Assembly (NCBI GenBank): GCA_964255285.1 | Contig: CAXUUL010000099.1 | Location: 1 to 32,827 of the forward strand | Length of the DNA stretch: 32,827 nt | Direction: 5' to 3' | Source: Ionaspis alba | Taxonomy: Eukaryota | Shown here: positions 10,553 through 24,312 of the stretch, piece by piece | Layout of the letters: each line of letters opens with the position of its first letter | Position numbering within the stretch: the first letter of the stretch is position 1 | Program-made: the position numbers and the translations under genes | Notes under the pieces: model-generated | What the model saw: the letters and a program-made list of their open reading frames with translations, nothing else | Told to the model about the DNA's origin: nothing | The model's database searches: none

Positions 10553-11127
10553 AACGGAGCTACTGAGATTGAAGACGGGCATGGCTGGTGGCCTAAAATG
10601 ACAGGTCGGAGTATAGAGGAGTTTTGGCGAGTTGTAGATTTGGCTGGTACTGCATATTATGACAGTAGAGGGTCTATCGAGAATCTGGAAGGTGGTGGTA
10701 TTTCACGTTGCTATTGCAATACGAAATTCTGTGGCATATTGGCCCCCTCACTGTGCCTTTCTGAGCTCATCCACTGGTGTATGCACTAAACACAGCCCTT
10801 TTCGCCTCTGCGCCGTTTACAGTTTTCCCTGGTCCTTCTGTACGTCCTGCAGGTATCGGCAATGACTTTGACCTGAGAACATCTGGCATCAGCTACAACT
10901 GTCTTCCACGATCCTGACGCCATACTTTTCGCGGCGTTTGCTCACAACAGCACTGGAGCCATTCTTCCTCAAGCCCTGTTGCCATTACAACTCGTGGCGT
11001 TTGGGACCACTCAGTCTCATCACGAGAGAAATATCCCCAAGTCTTATCCGTGCCTCTACCAATGCGGAGGCTTTCGTGCCGGTTCGAAAGTGAGCGCTTC
11101 AAGGTGGAAGGCCTCCACATAAGCTTT

Positions 11128-12870
11128 TCAATCGTCATCACTGTCATCCAAATCGACCTTTTCTACCAGCTTCGACATGTACGGTCCATCAAGTGAATAT
11201 CCCAATTTCTCATAATAGCTCCGCACCCCAACGCCAGAGATAACGCTAATCTTCCGGCTACCGTGCTCATCCCTAGCAATCCTCTCAGCTTCTTCCATCA
11301 ACAACGTCCCATATCCCTGATGCTGAAACTTCCTTGGATCCCTCGCATGCACGGGGACCGCAGATCCGTAGACGTGCAATTCTCTGACAAGACTCGTCTG
11401 CTGCGAGACTAGCTCAGGCCTGAACGTGTGCGTCTGGCTGCACTTGCGAAGCCGAAGCAGCGCAATCAGGATATCCTGCTTCGGGTCCTCGTAGGCAAGG
11501 AAGGTCTCCCAGCCACCGTTGGCAACATAGTCGCGTCGAACCAACTCCACCTGAGAGGGCCGGATCTTGTTCTTGACTTCATTGATGCCAACTTCCCGCG
11601 TGCGGACGTCTCTGCAGGTTGTACCGAAGTCTTTCATACGGCTGAGGGCCAGCTCGCGGAGGTTGCCATTCTCGACCCCTGAGGTCACGAGAGGCATGGG
11701 GATGTCGCGCTGCACTCTGTATATCCGAGTCCAAGGGGGAATAAGAGCGAGAATTCGAGCAACGAGATCGATGAGAGCATTCGGAGTGTAGTTCTTGTAT
11801 CTGCCTGTTCGCCAGAGCTCGTAGAGGCCAGTACCGCGGATCACGAGGGTCGGATATATCTTGAGGCCGTCCGTACGGAAAGCAGGGTTTTCGAAATATT
11901 CTCGGAATTGGTCGAGATCGCGCTCCATGCCAACGTTGGGTAGGTCTGGCATCATGTGACTGACAACTTTAAAGCCGGCGTCTTTGGCTAATCTGAAGGT
12001 CTCTGCCACTGCTGCGACGGTATGGCCCCTGTTCGTATCACGCGCGACGTCTTCATAGACAGATTGGACACCGATTTCCAGACGGGTACAGCCGTATCTT
12101 AGCATGCTGCTCAAATGTGGTTGCAGGCAGTAATCTGGTCTCGTTTCAATCGTAATTCCGACGCACTTTATATTGCTCATCTCCCCCGCTTCCACGGCTT
12201 CATCGACGTTCTCCCCTTGATAGCCACTTAAGGCATTATGTAGCTGAGAAATAAATCCATCTCGATAATCCTCTGGAAGTGACATGAATGTGCCACCCAT
12301 TATAATGTATTCCACTTTATCGACACTGTGTCCCAATGATTTGATCTGATCGACCCTTCCTCTTGCTTGCTCAAATGGATCATATCGAGCTCGAATGGCT
12401 CTCATTGATGTTGGCTCGTAGCCTGTGTATGATTGAGTTGAGTATTCAAAGTCGGAATCTGGTCCACCAGGACAGTAGACGCAAATGTTCCCAGTGTATG
12501 CAATATGTGGACATCTATGGGGCTTACACATTACTGCCACAACAGCAATCCCAGAAGACGTTCGTATCGGTTTTGCTATGAGCTTTGGTAGGATATATTT
12601 TTTGTAATGCTCAGGGACGGCTGCAATAATGGCTGTTAGTGGAGGTTGATTACTTAGTTTGTGCTTTTTTGACATCTGCCCTCTCAAACTGTTGAGATTG
12701 AGATCTTTCTTTGGCTTCGTATCATCTTGTTGAGCCTCATGATCTTGGATCAGAGCATTCGCGATGTCCGAGCAAGCTCTCATAAAACGCTCGCTCTCTG
12801 GAGGCAGCTTGAGATTCTTTGGCAATTTGATCTTGATAGCAGCCCTTTCAGTCACCGTCTCTGTAGCCAT
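11128..12870 (-). CDS. ELP3: Elongator complex subunit 3 (radical SAM + acetyltransferase), intronless, about 580 aa
   Basis: [89 protein letters not shown]. Start placed at ATG 12870 (MATETV). Confidence 0.97.
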   Translation of the reverse strand: MATETVTERAAIKIKLPKNLKLPPESERFMRACSDIANALIQDHEAQQDDTKPKKDLNLNSLRGQMSKKHKLSNQPPLTAIIAAVPEHYKKYILPKLIAKPIRTSSGIAVVAVMCKPHRCPHIAYTGNICVYCPGGPDSDFEYSTQSYTGYEPTSMRAIRARYDPFEQARGRVDQIKSLGHSVDKVEYIIMGGTFMSLPEDYRDGFISQLHNALSGYQGENVDEAVEAGEMSNIKCVGITIETRPDYCLQPHLSSMLRYGCTRLEIGVQSVYEDVARDTNRGHTVAAVAETFRLAKDAGFKVVSHMMPDLPNVGMERDLDQFREYFENPAFRTDGLKIYPTLVIRGTGLYELWRTGRYKNYTPNALIDLVARILALIPPWTRIYRVQRDIPMPLVTSGVENGNLRELALSRMKDFGTTCRDVRTREVGINEVKNKIRPSQVELVRRDYVANGGWETFLAYEDPKQDILIALLRLRKCSQTHTFRPELVSQQTSLVRELHVYGSAVPVHARDPRKFQHQGYGTLLMEEAERIARDEHGSRKISVISGVGVRSYYEKLGYSLDGPYMSKLVEKVDLDDSDDD

Positions 12871-13132
12871 GTTGAACAATGCTTGGGCAAGAGTTCTTCC
12901 TTGACCGACTGCTGGTTCGAAGAGCGGAGTCAAAATGTATCCAGACTCTGGCGACAATTTCCGTACGGGATGAAGCTCGGACCGACCAGTCTGTAGCGCT
13001 AGTGCGGCCGCGGCCGCGGCCTTATTCTGGATGCAGCTCCGCACTCTCTTTCGTACAGCACAGCTCCGGCTCCTATGATCATTCGTTCTCTTAACATTCT
13101 TCTTTGACCTTACCTTGAATCCAGTCGTAGCG
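12871..13132. promoter_or_regulatory. Short bidirectional promoter between ELP3 and LSC1
   Basis: Head-to-head start codons separated by 262 bp. Contains (GCGGCC)x3 at 13004-13021 and a pyrimidine-rich tract before the LSC1 ATG. Confidence 0.55.
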
Positions 13133-14495
13133 ATGCAAGCCTTCCGGAGCTGCACGGTGGCTGCACTGCAAGCTTCGACCCGGAGACAAGCTTATTCTAC
13201 TGCCTCCTCCGCCTACACTGCTACAGCTTCGAACCTCCGAATTAACGGCGACACCAAGGTGATTTTCCAAGGTTTTACGGGCAAGCAGGGAACGTGAGTG
13301 ATGTCAATGGATTTCTAATAGGGAACTTCGCTGAGTCCACTTTAGATTTCATGCACAGCAAGCTATCGACTATGGTACTACAGATGTCTCTTTCGTCTGC
13401 GACAAAATGGACAGGCCATTGACCTACAGACAGGCACCAAAGTTGTCGGTGGTACAAACCCCAAGAAAGCTGGAGAACAGCATCTTGGGAAACCGGTCTT
13501 CGCCAATGTTCGCGATGCGGTGCGAGAAACAGGCGCAACAGCTTCAGCGATTTTCGTGCCGTGGGTGATAGGTTGGTACTTGGCTTCGACGCCAGCTAAT
13601 TCGTATTAGCCCACCCGTAGCCGCAAAGGGTATCGAGGAAGCAATCGAGGCAGAAATACCACTGGTAGTCTGGTATGCATGGTAATATTGTTTCGCAGCT
13701 TCCACCCCGCTGATGTTGGGAACAGTATTACCGAAGGAATTCCTCAGCATGGTACTGATATCTATCCTTGAACATGGCAAAGGAAGTGGTTCTAATCTGG
13801 TCAGATATGGTTCGCATCACGGATATCCTAAAAACCCAAGGGAAGACAAGACTTGTTGGCCCGAATTGCCCTGGCATAATTGCACCGGTAGGGTTTTGAT
13901 CCGCTTGTGTTGGATTTCCACTTATTGGTCCATCAGGGACAATGTAAAATCGGTATCATGCCCGGTTTCATCCACAAACGTGGCCGCATCGGCATTGTCT
14001 CTCGTTCTGGCACACTGACATACGAGGCCGTCAATCAAACCACACAGACCGGCTTAGGACAATCTCTGGTGGTCGGTATTGGCGGCGATCCATTCTCCGG
14101 AACCAACTTCATCGACTGCTTGAAGGTCTTTCTAGAAGACGAAGAGACGGATGGCATAATTATGATTGGTGAGATTGGTGGATCAGCGGAGGAAGATGCT
14201 GCCGATTTCCTTAAATCGAACAACACTATGAACAAGCCCGCTGTCAGCTTTATTGCTGGAATATCAGCTCCGCCAGGAAGGAGAATGGGTCATGCTGGTA
14301 TGTGATCTTTCGTCATCTTTCAACAATGCTGCAATCTTTCGCTGACCACATCTAGGTGCCATTGTTAGCGGCGGAAAGGGAGGCGCAGATTCAAAGATTG
14401 CTGCGCTGGAAGCAGCCGGTGTGATTGTGGAACGCAGTCCGGCGTCACTGGGAAAGACGTTGCACGCTGAATTCGTCAAGCGTGATCTCATCTGA
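13133..14495 (+). CDS. LSC1: Succinyl-CoA ligase alpha subunit, mitochondrial, multi-exon
   Basis: Presequence-like [22 protein letters not shown], then [63 protein letters not shown] (phospho-His). Stop TGA 14493-14495. Confidence 0.95.
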
Positions 14496-14995
14496 GTGTT
14501 GTTCGATAGGCTTGGTTGCTGTTCTTGAGCTTTGTATATTCCCGTCGCGTTAGCACAGATACGCGAATGACCATTATTCATGCTTTACATGGTATGCGCA
14601 CTGAGTACCAGATAAATGTGAAGGCCATCTATCGTACAAGAACTCGCTTGCAAAGTCCAGGACCATCGCTTCGTAGCCCGATGATAGAGTTGGAAGAGCT
14701 GCATGTCGATTCATGCTTATGTCAGTGCGGCTACCATCTTCTTCACGATCCTCCCTCCGAGCCGCAGCACGATTCCCCTTGTCCTCGGGCGCTCCAACCA
14801 GTTCCCTGTCATGCCGAATCTGGCATATCATATCAAGCCATTGGCAATAATTCGCCGCAAGGAACAGCATTTACAGGGATTGCGCAACCCAAAAGCTCTT
14901 TGATCTCTTGGCATGATTTCCACTGTGCAAGGCTGCCAGGAAGCCCCATAGAATATATCTCAGCTTACGGTCAAGGCTGTGCATAAATCGCCGTC

Positions 14996-17408
14996 ATGGA
15001 GCCATCGACTGCTGCGCTTATAGAAGTACGGTTTCTGCGCTCCTTTTCACCTGTCGATTCATTGGTATTGTGTTGCCTAAGAAGCGGTGCTAATCGCGAG
15101 TCCGGATGGCGGACGAACCTGCATTGAAGTATGTACTCCGCTCCTAGGCATATTCAGCCTCACATATCCCGAGACCACTACCGAGACATCTTCAGATGCT
15201 AACTCAACACATAGGCAGAGACTGAGAGGCTGGCAGATCTTCGTATGTATCTCAGTTATATTCCGAAAATGTTGGTTCTGATTGACCGGTGGCATAGTTC
15301 ATTGCATCCAGTGGTGTCATCGGCGCCGGCATCTTCTCCAACGATGGCGAAGCTCTCGAGATCGCCGGGCCGGGCGGCTTCCTACTTTCCCTTTTTGTCA
15401 TCGGCCTCATCGCTATCGCGGTCATGGAGGGAGTCAGCGAGTTCGTTCAGCTTTTCCCAGCTCCGAATGCGATTGTCGAGTATATCGAAGCCTTTGTAGA
15501 TCCTGACTTGGCCCTGGTGATGGGCATTGCGTACTGGTGAGACCTCTCCGAAATCAGTTTAATTGAGAAGCAATGTAGGCTCACCATGCGTCGTCTAGGT
15601 ATACATATGCGTCTATCTTTGCAACACAGATCATTAGCGCGGCCAATATCTCGTCCTATTGGCATTTGGCGCAGATCTGGCAGACATTGGCCTTCTACGT
15701 CGTTTCTCCTATCGTTATTCTTGGCGTGAATTTTGCTGGCGTTGATGTACTTCCCCTTTGAGAACTGACGAGCCAGGTCGTGGCTGACAGCGCTATTAGT
15801 GGTTTGGCTGGCTGGAATCCGTCGGAGGTGTTTTGAAATTCTGTCTTGTCGTGGGAGGCGCAATACTCATGTATGTTATTGCGGGTAAAGGTAGGTGATC
15901 CGAATGTCGCCCCAGGAGAAAAGAGACTAATATTAGAATAGAAAATAATGGAACCTCTTCTGGATGTATGTCGCTTGGCTCAAGCCTTAGAGACGGTTAC
16001 TAATTATGACAAGATATCAACGATGGCTTTACAAACAACCCTAATTTTGCCGTAGATCACAATAGAGCGGTGTGGTAAGCAATGCTGCTGGAGAAACTCT
16101 TTGCCCTGCTGATCAGTCTTAGTTATGCTATACCATTGATCGCATACTCCTTTCTTGGAGTCGAGATTGTTGCAGTGACCGCCTTCGAAGCTCGAGACCT
16201 CAAGTCCTTACGTGGCTCATCTCAGATCATTGCCTACGTGATTCTGCTCATCTACTTCCTTTGTGCTATTGGCGAAACCCTCAACGTCAAGTGGACAAAT
16301 TCTGATCTGCCTGTGATATATGGAGGCGTCGGTAATAGCACGGCAACATCGACGACAAGCGACACGACAACAGGTTCCAGCAGTATGATCATCATCGCTG
16401 CCGTGAAAGCTGGCATTGCCAATATGCCTGGCTTCCTCAATGGGTGCTTGCTGTTCTCGGTTCTGAGTGCATCAAATACATCGTTATACGTCGCTTCTCG
16501 GACACTGTATGGGCTTACCCGCAAGATTCCACGGTCAGCGAATCCGTTCATGAAGATTTTCCACAGCTTCAGTTTTGTCATTCCGTCCACCGGTGTACCC
16601 GCGGCTGCACTCATTGTATCGGCCATTTCTTTCTTCTGGTTGCCTTTCCTTCAGCTCAAAGGTGGCTACGCGATCCAAGCTGTGAGTCGATCAAAACTTT
16701 CCTCGACAGGCACAATAAACTGAAAGCGTCACAGCTCGTTGAGATCATGGCTGTCTCCGCCAGCGTCAGTTGCCTTCTCGTCTGGGCTTCGTTATGTCTA
16801 GCTTTTATTAACTATGAGCGCTGGTACGGCACTCCTGCCCCACGAATACCGCACAACTGCTAACTATAATATCCAGGCTTAAGAAGTGCAAACACGATCT
16901 TGTGGGCGAATATGCTGTCTACAAGCGTCACTCCAAGACATACCGGCCCTTCACTCTCTTCGGATTTGCTCAGCCCGTGCCAGCTTATGTCGGTCTCCTC
17001 GGCAGTGTACTCGTGGTCTTTGGCTTCACGAGCGCAACGTGGTGGATCGGCGAGGTCACCTTTAGTAAAATTGCAGTTGCCTATGCTGCTGTAAGTCCGA
17101 TGTCTTTTCTACCTGATCTCCTCCGCGACCCTGCCCTTGCTGATGTTCTGCAGCCCATTGTTCTTCTGGTAATGTGGTTGATCGCCAAGATCGTCAATCG
17201 CAGATGGTGGGTTCAGATAGACAATGACTTCAACAAGCTATCACGGCGGCTGCGTAATCTACAATGGCTTAAGCCTGAGCAGAGGAAGAACTCGCCAGAA
17301 GCGCCGCTAGGAGTGCTTGGGCCGCAAAGAGCTAATGGGACGACTGAACATTTCCAGCAGCCGGGACAAGTTTCAACGTCGCAATTGATGACGCAGAATG
17401 GGGCTTGA
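14996..17408 (+). CDS. APC-superfamily amino-acid permease, many introns; start codon uncertain
   Basis: Spliced segments QRLRGWQIF / FIASSGVIGAGIFSNDGEALEIAGPGG...VMEGVSEFVQLFPAPNAIVEY..FVDPDL, IAYSFLGVEIVAVTAFEA, SVLSASNTSLYVASRTLYGL, TGVPAAA; many TM helices. Stop at 17408. Confidence 0.85.
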
Positions 17409-17679
17409 TGCTATCAGAGCTAAAAAGGGCTTTCTTATGAATATTTTCTGAGCTTTGTGTCTGTAGATTCACCTTTGAAATTAATGTAACGAGTGGATAA
17501 TAGCTCCATAGACTATTTCTCTATCGTCTCGATCCCTTAAACTACGGCCAATATGAAATCGTCGAAGCGATCGCTCCAGACATGATTCTACTATCTAATA
17601 TCCAAACAAAGTACTCTATCAGATCCCATCAATCCTCACGGGTTCCCCGTGTTACCAGGTCGATGCTCTTTTACTGCTT

Positions 17680-18208
17680 CTATGGGGCCGCGTTTGCGGC
17701 CGCCTCTCTAGCCGCAGCGGCTCTCTTGTACTTGTCGTCTATCTCATTTGCCCATTTCCTGTGGTAACCAAAGCGTAAGATTTGTGATCCAAGTCGTTTG
17801 TTATCTTCAAGTAGATGTAAATTGGCCACTTACGCCACTTTATTCTGCCCAAATAGTCAGTCAGTTGCATGCTTTATTAGGAAAAAAGGAGGGAACCTAC
17901 CTCGGGCACAATCTCAGGTGCATAGAAGTGCCAGCGCTCATTGAAGTGCTACTTTAAGAATTAGCGATGTGTACTCGGTCAGACCAATTTTATCCTCCTG
18001 GCCTTCTGATGCAACCTCGTGTACTTCTAAGGTCAGAAGGACAATCATGTAGCAGGATAGAGCATACTTCAACATTGAAGTTGATCCCAGGCCCGTATTC
18101 AGTCCTGAGAGCCTCCTCCAAGTCCTCTGCAGTAGGAATATACCGCGTGTGTCTTGGATTCACGACATTGAATTGAAGGGTTACGGCAGGGGTAGCAGGT
18201 GTGGCCAT
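17680..18208 (-). CDS. Small hypothetical protein, 92 aa, four exons including an 11-nt micro-exon
   Basis: Exons 18208-18068, 17948-17901, 17844-17834, 17758-17680 (279 nt; donors GTATGC, GTAGGT, GTAAGT) give MATPATPAVTLQFNVVNPRHTRYIPTAEDLEEALRTEYGPGINFNVEHFNERWHFYAPEIVPENKVAKWANEIDDKYKRAAAAREAAANAAP. Confidence 0.65.
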
Positions 18209-18873
18209 GCTTGCGGGTTAGGTCCTGAAAGGAAATGTTGTGTGGTACTGGACAAGGCACACTTCTCGAGAAGACTTAGAGCGATGGAAAGGAATCTACA
18301 GAACAAGCAGAGCAGTGCGGGCTTTTCATCATAATTCATAAGGCATCAATTTGCGGCTCTGTGTCAGAGGGATGGGTAGACTAGCATGTTCAGTAATACG
18401 CAGGCAGAAACCTCTCTACCCCAATGAACAGGGCAGCTGGTCAATGTGTGTGCGATGGGCAGCATCATCCAGAAAGCCTTGAGGTATGGGAGTGGTGTTA
18501 GTCTTGCCGATAGGCGCCTCGCATAGAAGTTGGCGTCCAGCTGAAGGGCAGCGTTCAATCAGGGCATTGGATGGCGCGGTGGCTGAGCTCGTTTTGGGTG
18601 GTGGCGCATGACATGGGTTATGCAAGGTTGCCTTCAAGAGCTTGTTGATAGCCCAAGACAGAGTGGGCGGGCAAAACCTGTCAGCCTCGCGGGCGACAAT
18701 TATTTGCCTCGCACGGCTCCTGTTATAAGAGACATGCCAGTTCAAAGACCACCGAGAGGAAGGCTTACGTGATTTTGACAGTCTTCGTTTTTGAAACCTG
18801 CATTCGCGAGACAACGAGCCTCTGGAAATTTTATATCCAGCCCATCTCTTGAAAGCCTTCGTTTTGTTCGGGC

Positions 18874-20699
18874 ATGCCAGATTTCGCAGGATGGGCCGAT
18901 TATCCGCTCAATTTGAATGATTATGACTCCGTGACTACAAATGGCAAGGAGTGGAAGACGCTGTTCGGAAAGTTGGCGACTGGAGGAACGCCGCCTTTGT
19001 TTTCTGACGAGGTGAAGGTCAGGGTTTGGGATATTGAGAAAGGAACTGGGGATAAAAATCTGGAGGCCGGTGCGTGTGATGCCATTTTGACAGAGTAATA
19101 AGGAGCGCAGCACTCATTGATAATTACAGGACTAATTGCATACATCGCACCATCATGCGTAGCCAGCCTGCTCACTACTGCTGCGGAGGTGGAAACGAAG
19201 TTGCTACAGAGCCCCAAACCACGAATACGGATAATGTGAGTTTGAGTCTCGATATAGATATTGTTTCACGCTGACCAGGAACGGCCAGATCAATCCAGTC
19301 GAAACGGACTATTTCACCGTTACAGATCAGTGCAGAGCTCATGCGGAAAATCCTCACATACTACCAAGTGGATCCTGAGTTTCTCCCTGTACTGTTCTCA
19401 TTCGGTGATGGACCGCATGTAGCAGAAGGAAGTAGTAGTAATCTCTCTATTCAGCCAACTGCGGGGAGCGATAGAAGTCAGTCTTCCCGATGTGTTATCC
19501 GGTCCTTATCCGGTCCTTTGCTCACAACTGAAGTAGAAATCGCATATCAAATCCGTCATGTAGAAGAGAATCGCAGGCCAGGAAGGGACCCTTGGTCTCT
19601 CCGACATACCGGGGTGTATCACCACCATACCACAGACTTCGATCTATGGATTCTCCTACAGCCGGTCGAAGACAGCGTGATTGAGAAAAGACTCTTAGAT
19701 CTACAAACGCTAGCTACACGGACAGCAGCGGAGTTAGAGAAGATAAAATTGGATCTAGAGCGAATATGCACAACCCCATTTCGCCTCCATGCCTTGATCT
19801 TCAACTCCTATCTCGACAACTGGCGCTGGTACTTCCGCCATCTCGGTGACCGCTTTGAGAAAGAGGTTAGTAGCACCCTTACCTGCGTAGACGCAAAGCA
19901 TGTACTCACTGTGGTTGGTGCTCAGAACGACAGGGCATTATCTTTGGACCGCAGATCGCCTACTACCAGTAGCTTGAGTTTCAAGCTCGTGCAGAGCCTA
20001 CGCAATTCTCACGACACTATTCTTTCCTCTCGTGCCTGCTGTAGCGGCGATCTCGATGTCCTGCAAGGCTTGACGAAGCATTGTCAGAGTGAGTTCAAAG
20101 ACATCTCCAGTATCCCGGCTATGGAGGGTCGACTCAAGGGCTACGTGGATAGCCTTGATGTGCTGCAGGGCCGCATCCGAAACACGATCGATCTGGTGCG
20201 TAGATTATGCATAAGCTGCATGGCAGACAGCAGTGGCGGTGTATTGGCCAAGCGCTGACAAGTGCACAGATCGGATATACTTTGAACCTCGTTGTCCAGG
20301 ACGGCGCGTCTGAGACGAATCAGCATCTTTTGACCTTGACGCAAGACACTGTGGATGACAGCGCCACAGTGAAGATTATCACCATTGCCTCAGCATTTTA
20401 CCTGCCAGGCAGCTTCGTCGCAGTATGCTAATGCCCTTCCTGAGCGCTCTCGCACTTTATTCGTGCCATACTGATAAGCGGTTTTTTTGCAGTCCATCTA
20501 CGGCATGAATTTCTTTGGCTTCGACTCGACTACCAATACTATAACCATCGGGAACGACTTCTGGATCTTTGCTGCTACGTGGCTGCCCTTAACACTGCTT
20601 ATGGTGGTGATTTATGGAATGACGGTATTCTTCAGTGCTCGGGCAAAGGGGCGACCTTTCTCATGGCCCTGGCAGCATAAGCCTGCAAAGACTGGTTGA
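18874..20699 (+). CDS. Fungal CorA-like membrane protein (two C-terminal TM helices, GMN motif)
   Basis: Multi-exon. N-terminal PLQISAELMRKILTYYQVDPEFLPVLFSFG, YQIRHVEEN.R...PWSLRHTGVYH; C-terminal VKIITIASAFYLPGSFVA/SIYGMNFF and DFWIFAATWLPLTLL. Stop 20699. Confidence 0.85.
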
Positions 20700-20906
20700 T
20701 ACTAGTTAGTTTCATTCTTTGCGTTATACCCCTGTAGCGGTAGCCTTTCCATATTTTTGTCACATACGAATAGTATTTCTTGCTTAGATTACGAAATCCT
20801 ACAAGATCTATTTACCACCATACCCCGTCATATACTCCACTCTGATATGCAACATCCCCCAAACGCCTTGCCTTTTTGAAGTCCTCCGAATACATGTGCT
20901 AATCTC

Positions 20907-22575
20907 TCAAAGCATGGGCTTCACGTCATCCGCAATTCTAAAAGGCGCTCCTGTTTTACTCTTGATCTCCTCAACGGTGACACCCTCAGCCAGCTCGATG
21001 AGGGTCAAGCCTTTTGAGAAATCAACATCAAACACACAAAGCTCGGTGATGATACGTGACACGCACGCCTTCCCCGTCAACGGGAAAGCGCAGAAAGGGA
21101 CAATCTTTGGATTGCCCTTCTTGTCAGTGTGCTCCATCGTGATGACGACTTTCGTCATTGACGGATTGGAGACGAGATCCATAGCACCTCCAAATCCTTT
21201 TATCTTGCCTGGAAGCATCCCTAGGTTAATGTCAATTTTTGCACAAGAAGTTGGAAAGGGGGAGAAGGGCACATACAGTTGGCAAGATCTCCATGTGCGC
21301 TCACTTGCATCGCACCCAATATAGTGAGATCAATTCTGCCACTTCTAATCATACCAAAAGACTCTTCCGACCCAAAGCAAGCCGCGCCTTTCAATAGAGT
21401 CACGGTCTCCTTGCCTGCGTTGATGAGATCCGGGTCCTCACTTCCTTCTTGTGGATAGGGGCCAAGACCCAGTATCCCATTCTCGGACTGTAGCTGCACT
21501 TCAACCGAAGGATCAACGAAAGAAGGTGCAAGCATAGGCATTCCGATACCCAAGTTGGCGTACATGCCGTTCTTGAATTCCTTCGCCGCCCGTCGAACAA
21601 TGCGTTCCCGCTTGTTGGCAGTCTCTCCGGCACCAAGAGCAAGTTTCGTTTGTTTCGCAGGATCCTTGGAATATGTTCTCTTTTCAATCTGCTTCTCCGC
21701 GGTACTCTGAATCACGCGATCTACGTAGATCCCAGGGACGTGAACGGCGGCGGGATCGATCTCGCCGGGCTCAACAATATGCTCTGCCTCGACGATTGTC
21801 ATCTTTGCAGCCCGAGCCATTGCACCGTTGAAGTTAGCGGCAGCATAGCGGAATTGACAGTTGCCAAGCTTGTCGGCTTTCCAGGCTTTGATGAAGGCGT
21901 AGTCGGCGTTGATAGCTTCTTCCATGATGTAGGATTTGTTGTTGAAGACTCTGACATCTCGTGCTCTACCATACTCTTTGACTGTGCCGTCTGAATTGTG
22001 TAGAAGAGGGAGTTCCCCAGTTTGTACTACCGTGCCGAAAGCAGCCGGTGTGTAGAAGGCTGGAATACCGGCTCCTGCAGCTCGACACCGTTCTGCCAAG
22101 GTCCCTTGAGGTGTGAGCTCGAGCTCAATTTCGCCGGAGAGGTACATCTTCTCAAAAGTCTTGTTCTCGCCCACATAGCTCGCTATCATCTTCTTGATTT
22201 GCTTCGAGGCCAACAGCAGCCCCAGCCCAGAGCCATCGATTCCTGCATTATTTGACACGGCCGTCAGACCATTGATATGAGGTGACTTCACGACCTCATT
22301 GATCAACGTGTCTGGCACTCCACAAAGACCAAAACCACCAGCGAGTAGTGTAACATCAGATTTCATGTCCTTGATAGCTTCGGCCGCAGAGGGCAGGACT
22401 TTATTGATTTCATAGCGGCAGGTGGAAGAGGCGAAGGTGCGAGCGAAGAGGCCTGTTGGCTGTGAAGAGAAAGTCAGCTCATCTTGTAGAGAAGATGCCA
22501 TGTCTGGGGTCTGACATTCGAAGAGTGTTTACAATATGCTTTTACAGTTCGACCAAGCAATGAAGCGGGTGACAT
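20907..22575 (-). CDS. Succinyl-CoA:3-oxoacid CoA-transferase (SCOT family; candidate 3-oxoadipate CoA-transferase)
   Basis: [44 protein letters not shown] (catalytic Glu), GGAMDL. Probable start ATG 22575 ([14 protein letters not shown], presequence-like), one 5-prime intron ending CAG before PTGLF, and one intron near 21222-21276. Confidence 0.9.
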
Positions 22576-23017
22576 TTTCGGGAAGCCAATGCGCCCAGCC
22601 AAGACGCATGCTGCGAATTGATTGCTCTATTAATAGCAAAGGTAGAAGCCTCGTAGGCTCTTTTGTAGGATCATTGATGTGGGCATTTAATCTCGAATGC
22701 ATGTAGGGACTTGGAAGTCCTCGAGCTATATAGCTCCAGTCCCTCCCGTATAAGCGGCAGGGAGTAAGGAAGCCGGCAGTTTGCGCGGGGGTGGGAGAGG
22801 GTTGCCTTCTGCCCCTGTTCCGCGCGGTCCATTATGACAGAGTCTCTTGACCGCGTGGAGATGCTAGAATCCAGGCACGCCATACGATTGACTGATTTCA
22901 AGTAAATGTATTGAGCATTGTTGTGCTATGGGTATCGTGGGTACGGAGAGCCCATCAAATAGGCTCCTGCCGCAATTGTTTGCCGGGCTAAAATCATGAT
23001 GCAGCTCCAATCTGATC

Positions 23018-24312
23018 TTATTCCCGAACGATCAAACTTGCCATGCCCATGCCAGTCCCTATGCACATGCTGATTACGCCAAGCTCCTGTCCTTGCCTCT
23101 CCAACTCTGGAAGGAGTGTAGCAAGCTGCCGAGCTCCTGTTGCGCCAAGTGGATGACCCAAGGCAATGGCGCCGCCTTTCGGGTTCACCTTCTCGACGTC
23201 GATACCCAATTTTCTGATACTGTAAAGAGCCTGGCTTGCGAATGCCTCGTTGATCTCCCAAATGCCCACATCGTTATTGTGAATACCTGTGGCCTGGAGT
23301 AGCGCTGGAATGGCGACAGCAGGACCAATCCCCATCTCATCGGGAGGTACCCCAACTACCTGTGTGCCCACCCACTTGCCAATAATGCTGTCGCGTAATC
23401 CCAGTGCTTCGGCGGTACTTCTCCTCATCATCAAAGCCGCTGCAGCACCATCAGAGACCTGGGAGGAGTTCCCGGCCGTGGAAGCTCCATCAGGTTTGAA
23501 AACGGGCTTGAGCTTAGCCATGGATTCGATAGAAGCATTGTGTCTGATGCCATCGTCTTTCGTAACTACTACTGTCTCCGGCGAGGCATCGGAGCCTTCC
23601 ATGGGTGGATTCTCCGCCTCAATGGATACAATCTCGCTGTCGAAAAGCCCCTCGTTCTGTGCTTTGGCAGCTTTGGTGTGGCTTGCGACTCCAAATGCAT
23701 CCTGATCTGACCTGTTGATCCCATACCGTTCAGCAACATTTTCACTTGTAATCCCCATTGACATGACACAGTCTCTTGCATCTTTCACGGGCGAATTCTT
23801 TAGCTCAGGCCAGAGAACAGCAGGTATTGCTTTAGAGTCGTAGTTCCTCGTCATGCTCTCCATTCCCGCACCAATTCCGACATCTATTCTACCAATGGCA
23901 ATCGAGTCGGCCACATTGGTGATTGCTTGTAGACTTGATGAGCAAGCCCGATTGACCGTGTAGAGAGAGGTTGTATTAGGGTAGCCGACGTGGCAGAGGG
24001 TCATCCGCCCTGCTTTTGAGCCACCGAGCTCGGAAAGCACTGTACCAACAGCGACATCTTGTACGCTGGCAGGATCGAGCTTGGGGTTCTTCTCGAGAGT
24101 TGCTCTCAGGACCTGAAAGCACGGGAGATGATGAGAAGCAATCAATGCGCTAGTAGGAGATCTCGTACAGTGGCGAGCATCTGCTCAGGGTATGCATTTC
24201 GTAGACCACCTTTGTACGCCCGCGTTACCGGTGTTCTAAGAGCTGATAGAAAGACAACGTCATTTGGGGTTTTCTGGAGAATGTTCTTCAAGCCTTTCTG
24301 AGCGTACGCCAT
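23018..24312 (-). CDS. 3-ketoacyl-CoA thiolase (candidate 3-oxoadipyl-CoA thiolase)
   Basis: Exon 1 24312-24169 (MAYAQKGLKNILQKTPNDVVFLSALRTPVTR), intron 24168-24113, exon 2 with NRACSS, GMESMT, STAGNSSQVSDGAAA, NEAF, GHPLGATG, CIGTG. Confidence 0.93.

Noticed and set aside
12871..13155. 95-aa N-terminal extension of ELP3 in the ORF track
   Set aside because: Non-ATG start that overlaps the LSC1 start and promoter; Elp3 similarity begins after ATG 12870.
14516..14986. 156-aa ORF between LSC1 and the permease
   Set aside because: Non-ATG start, no motif; lies where UTR/promoter sequence is expected.
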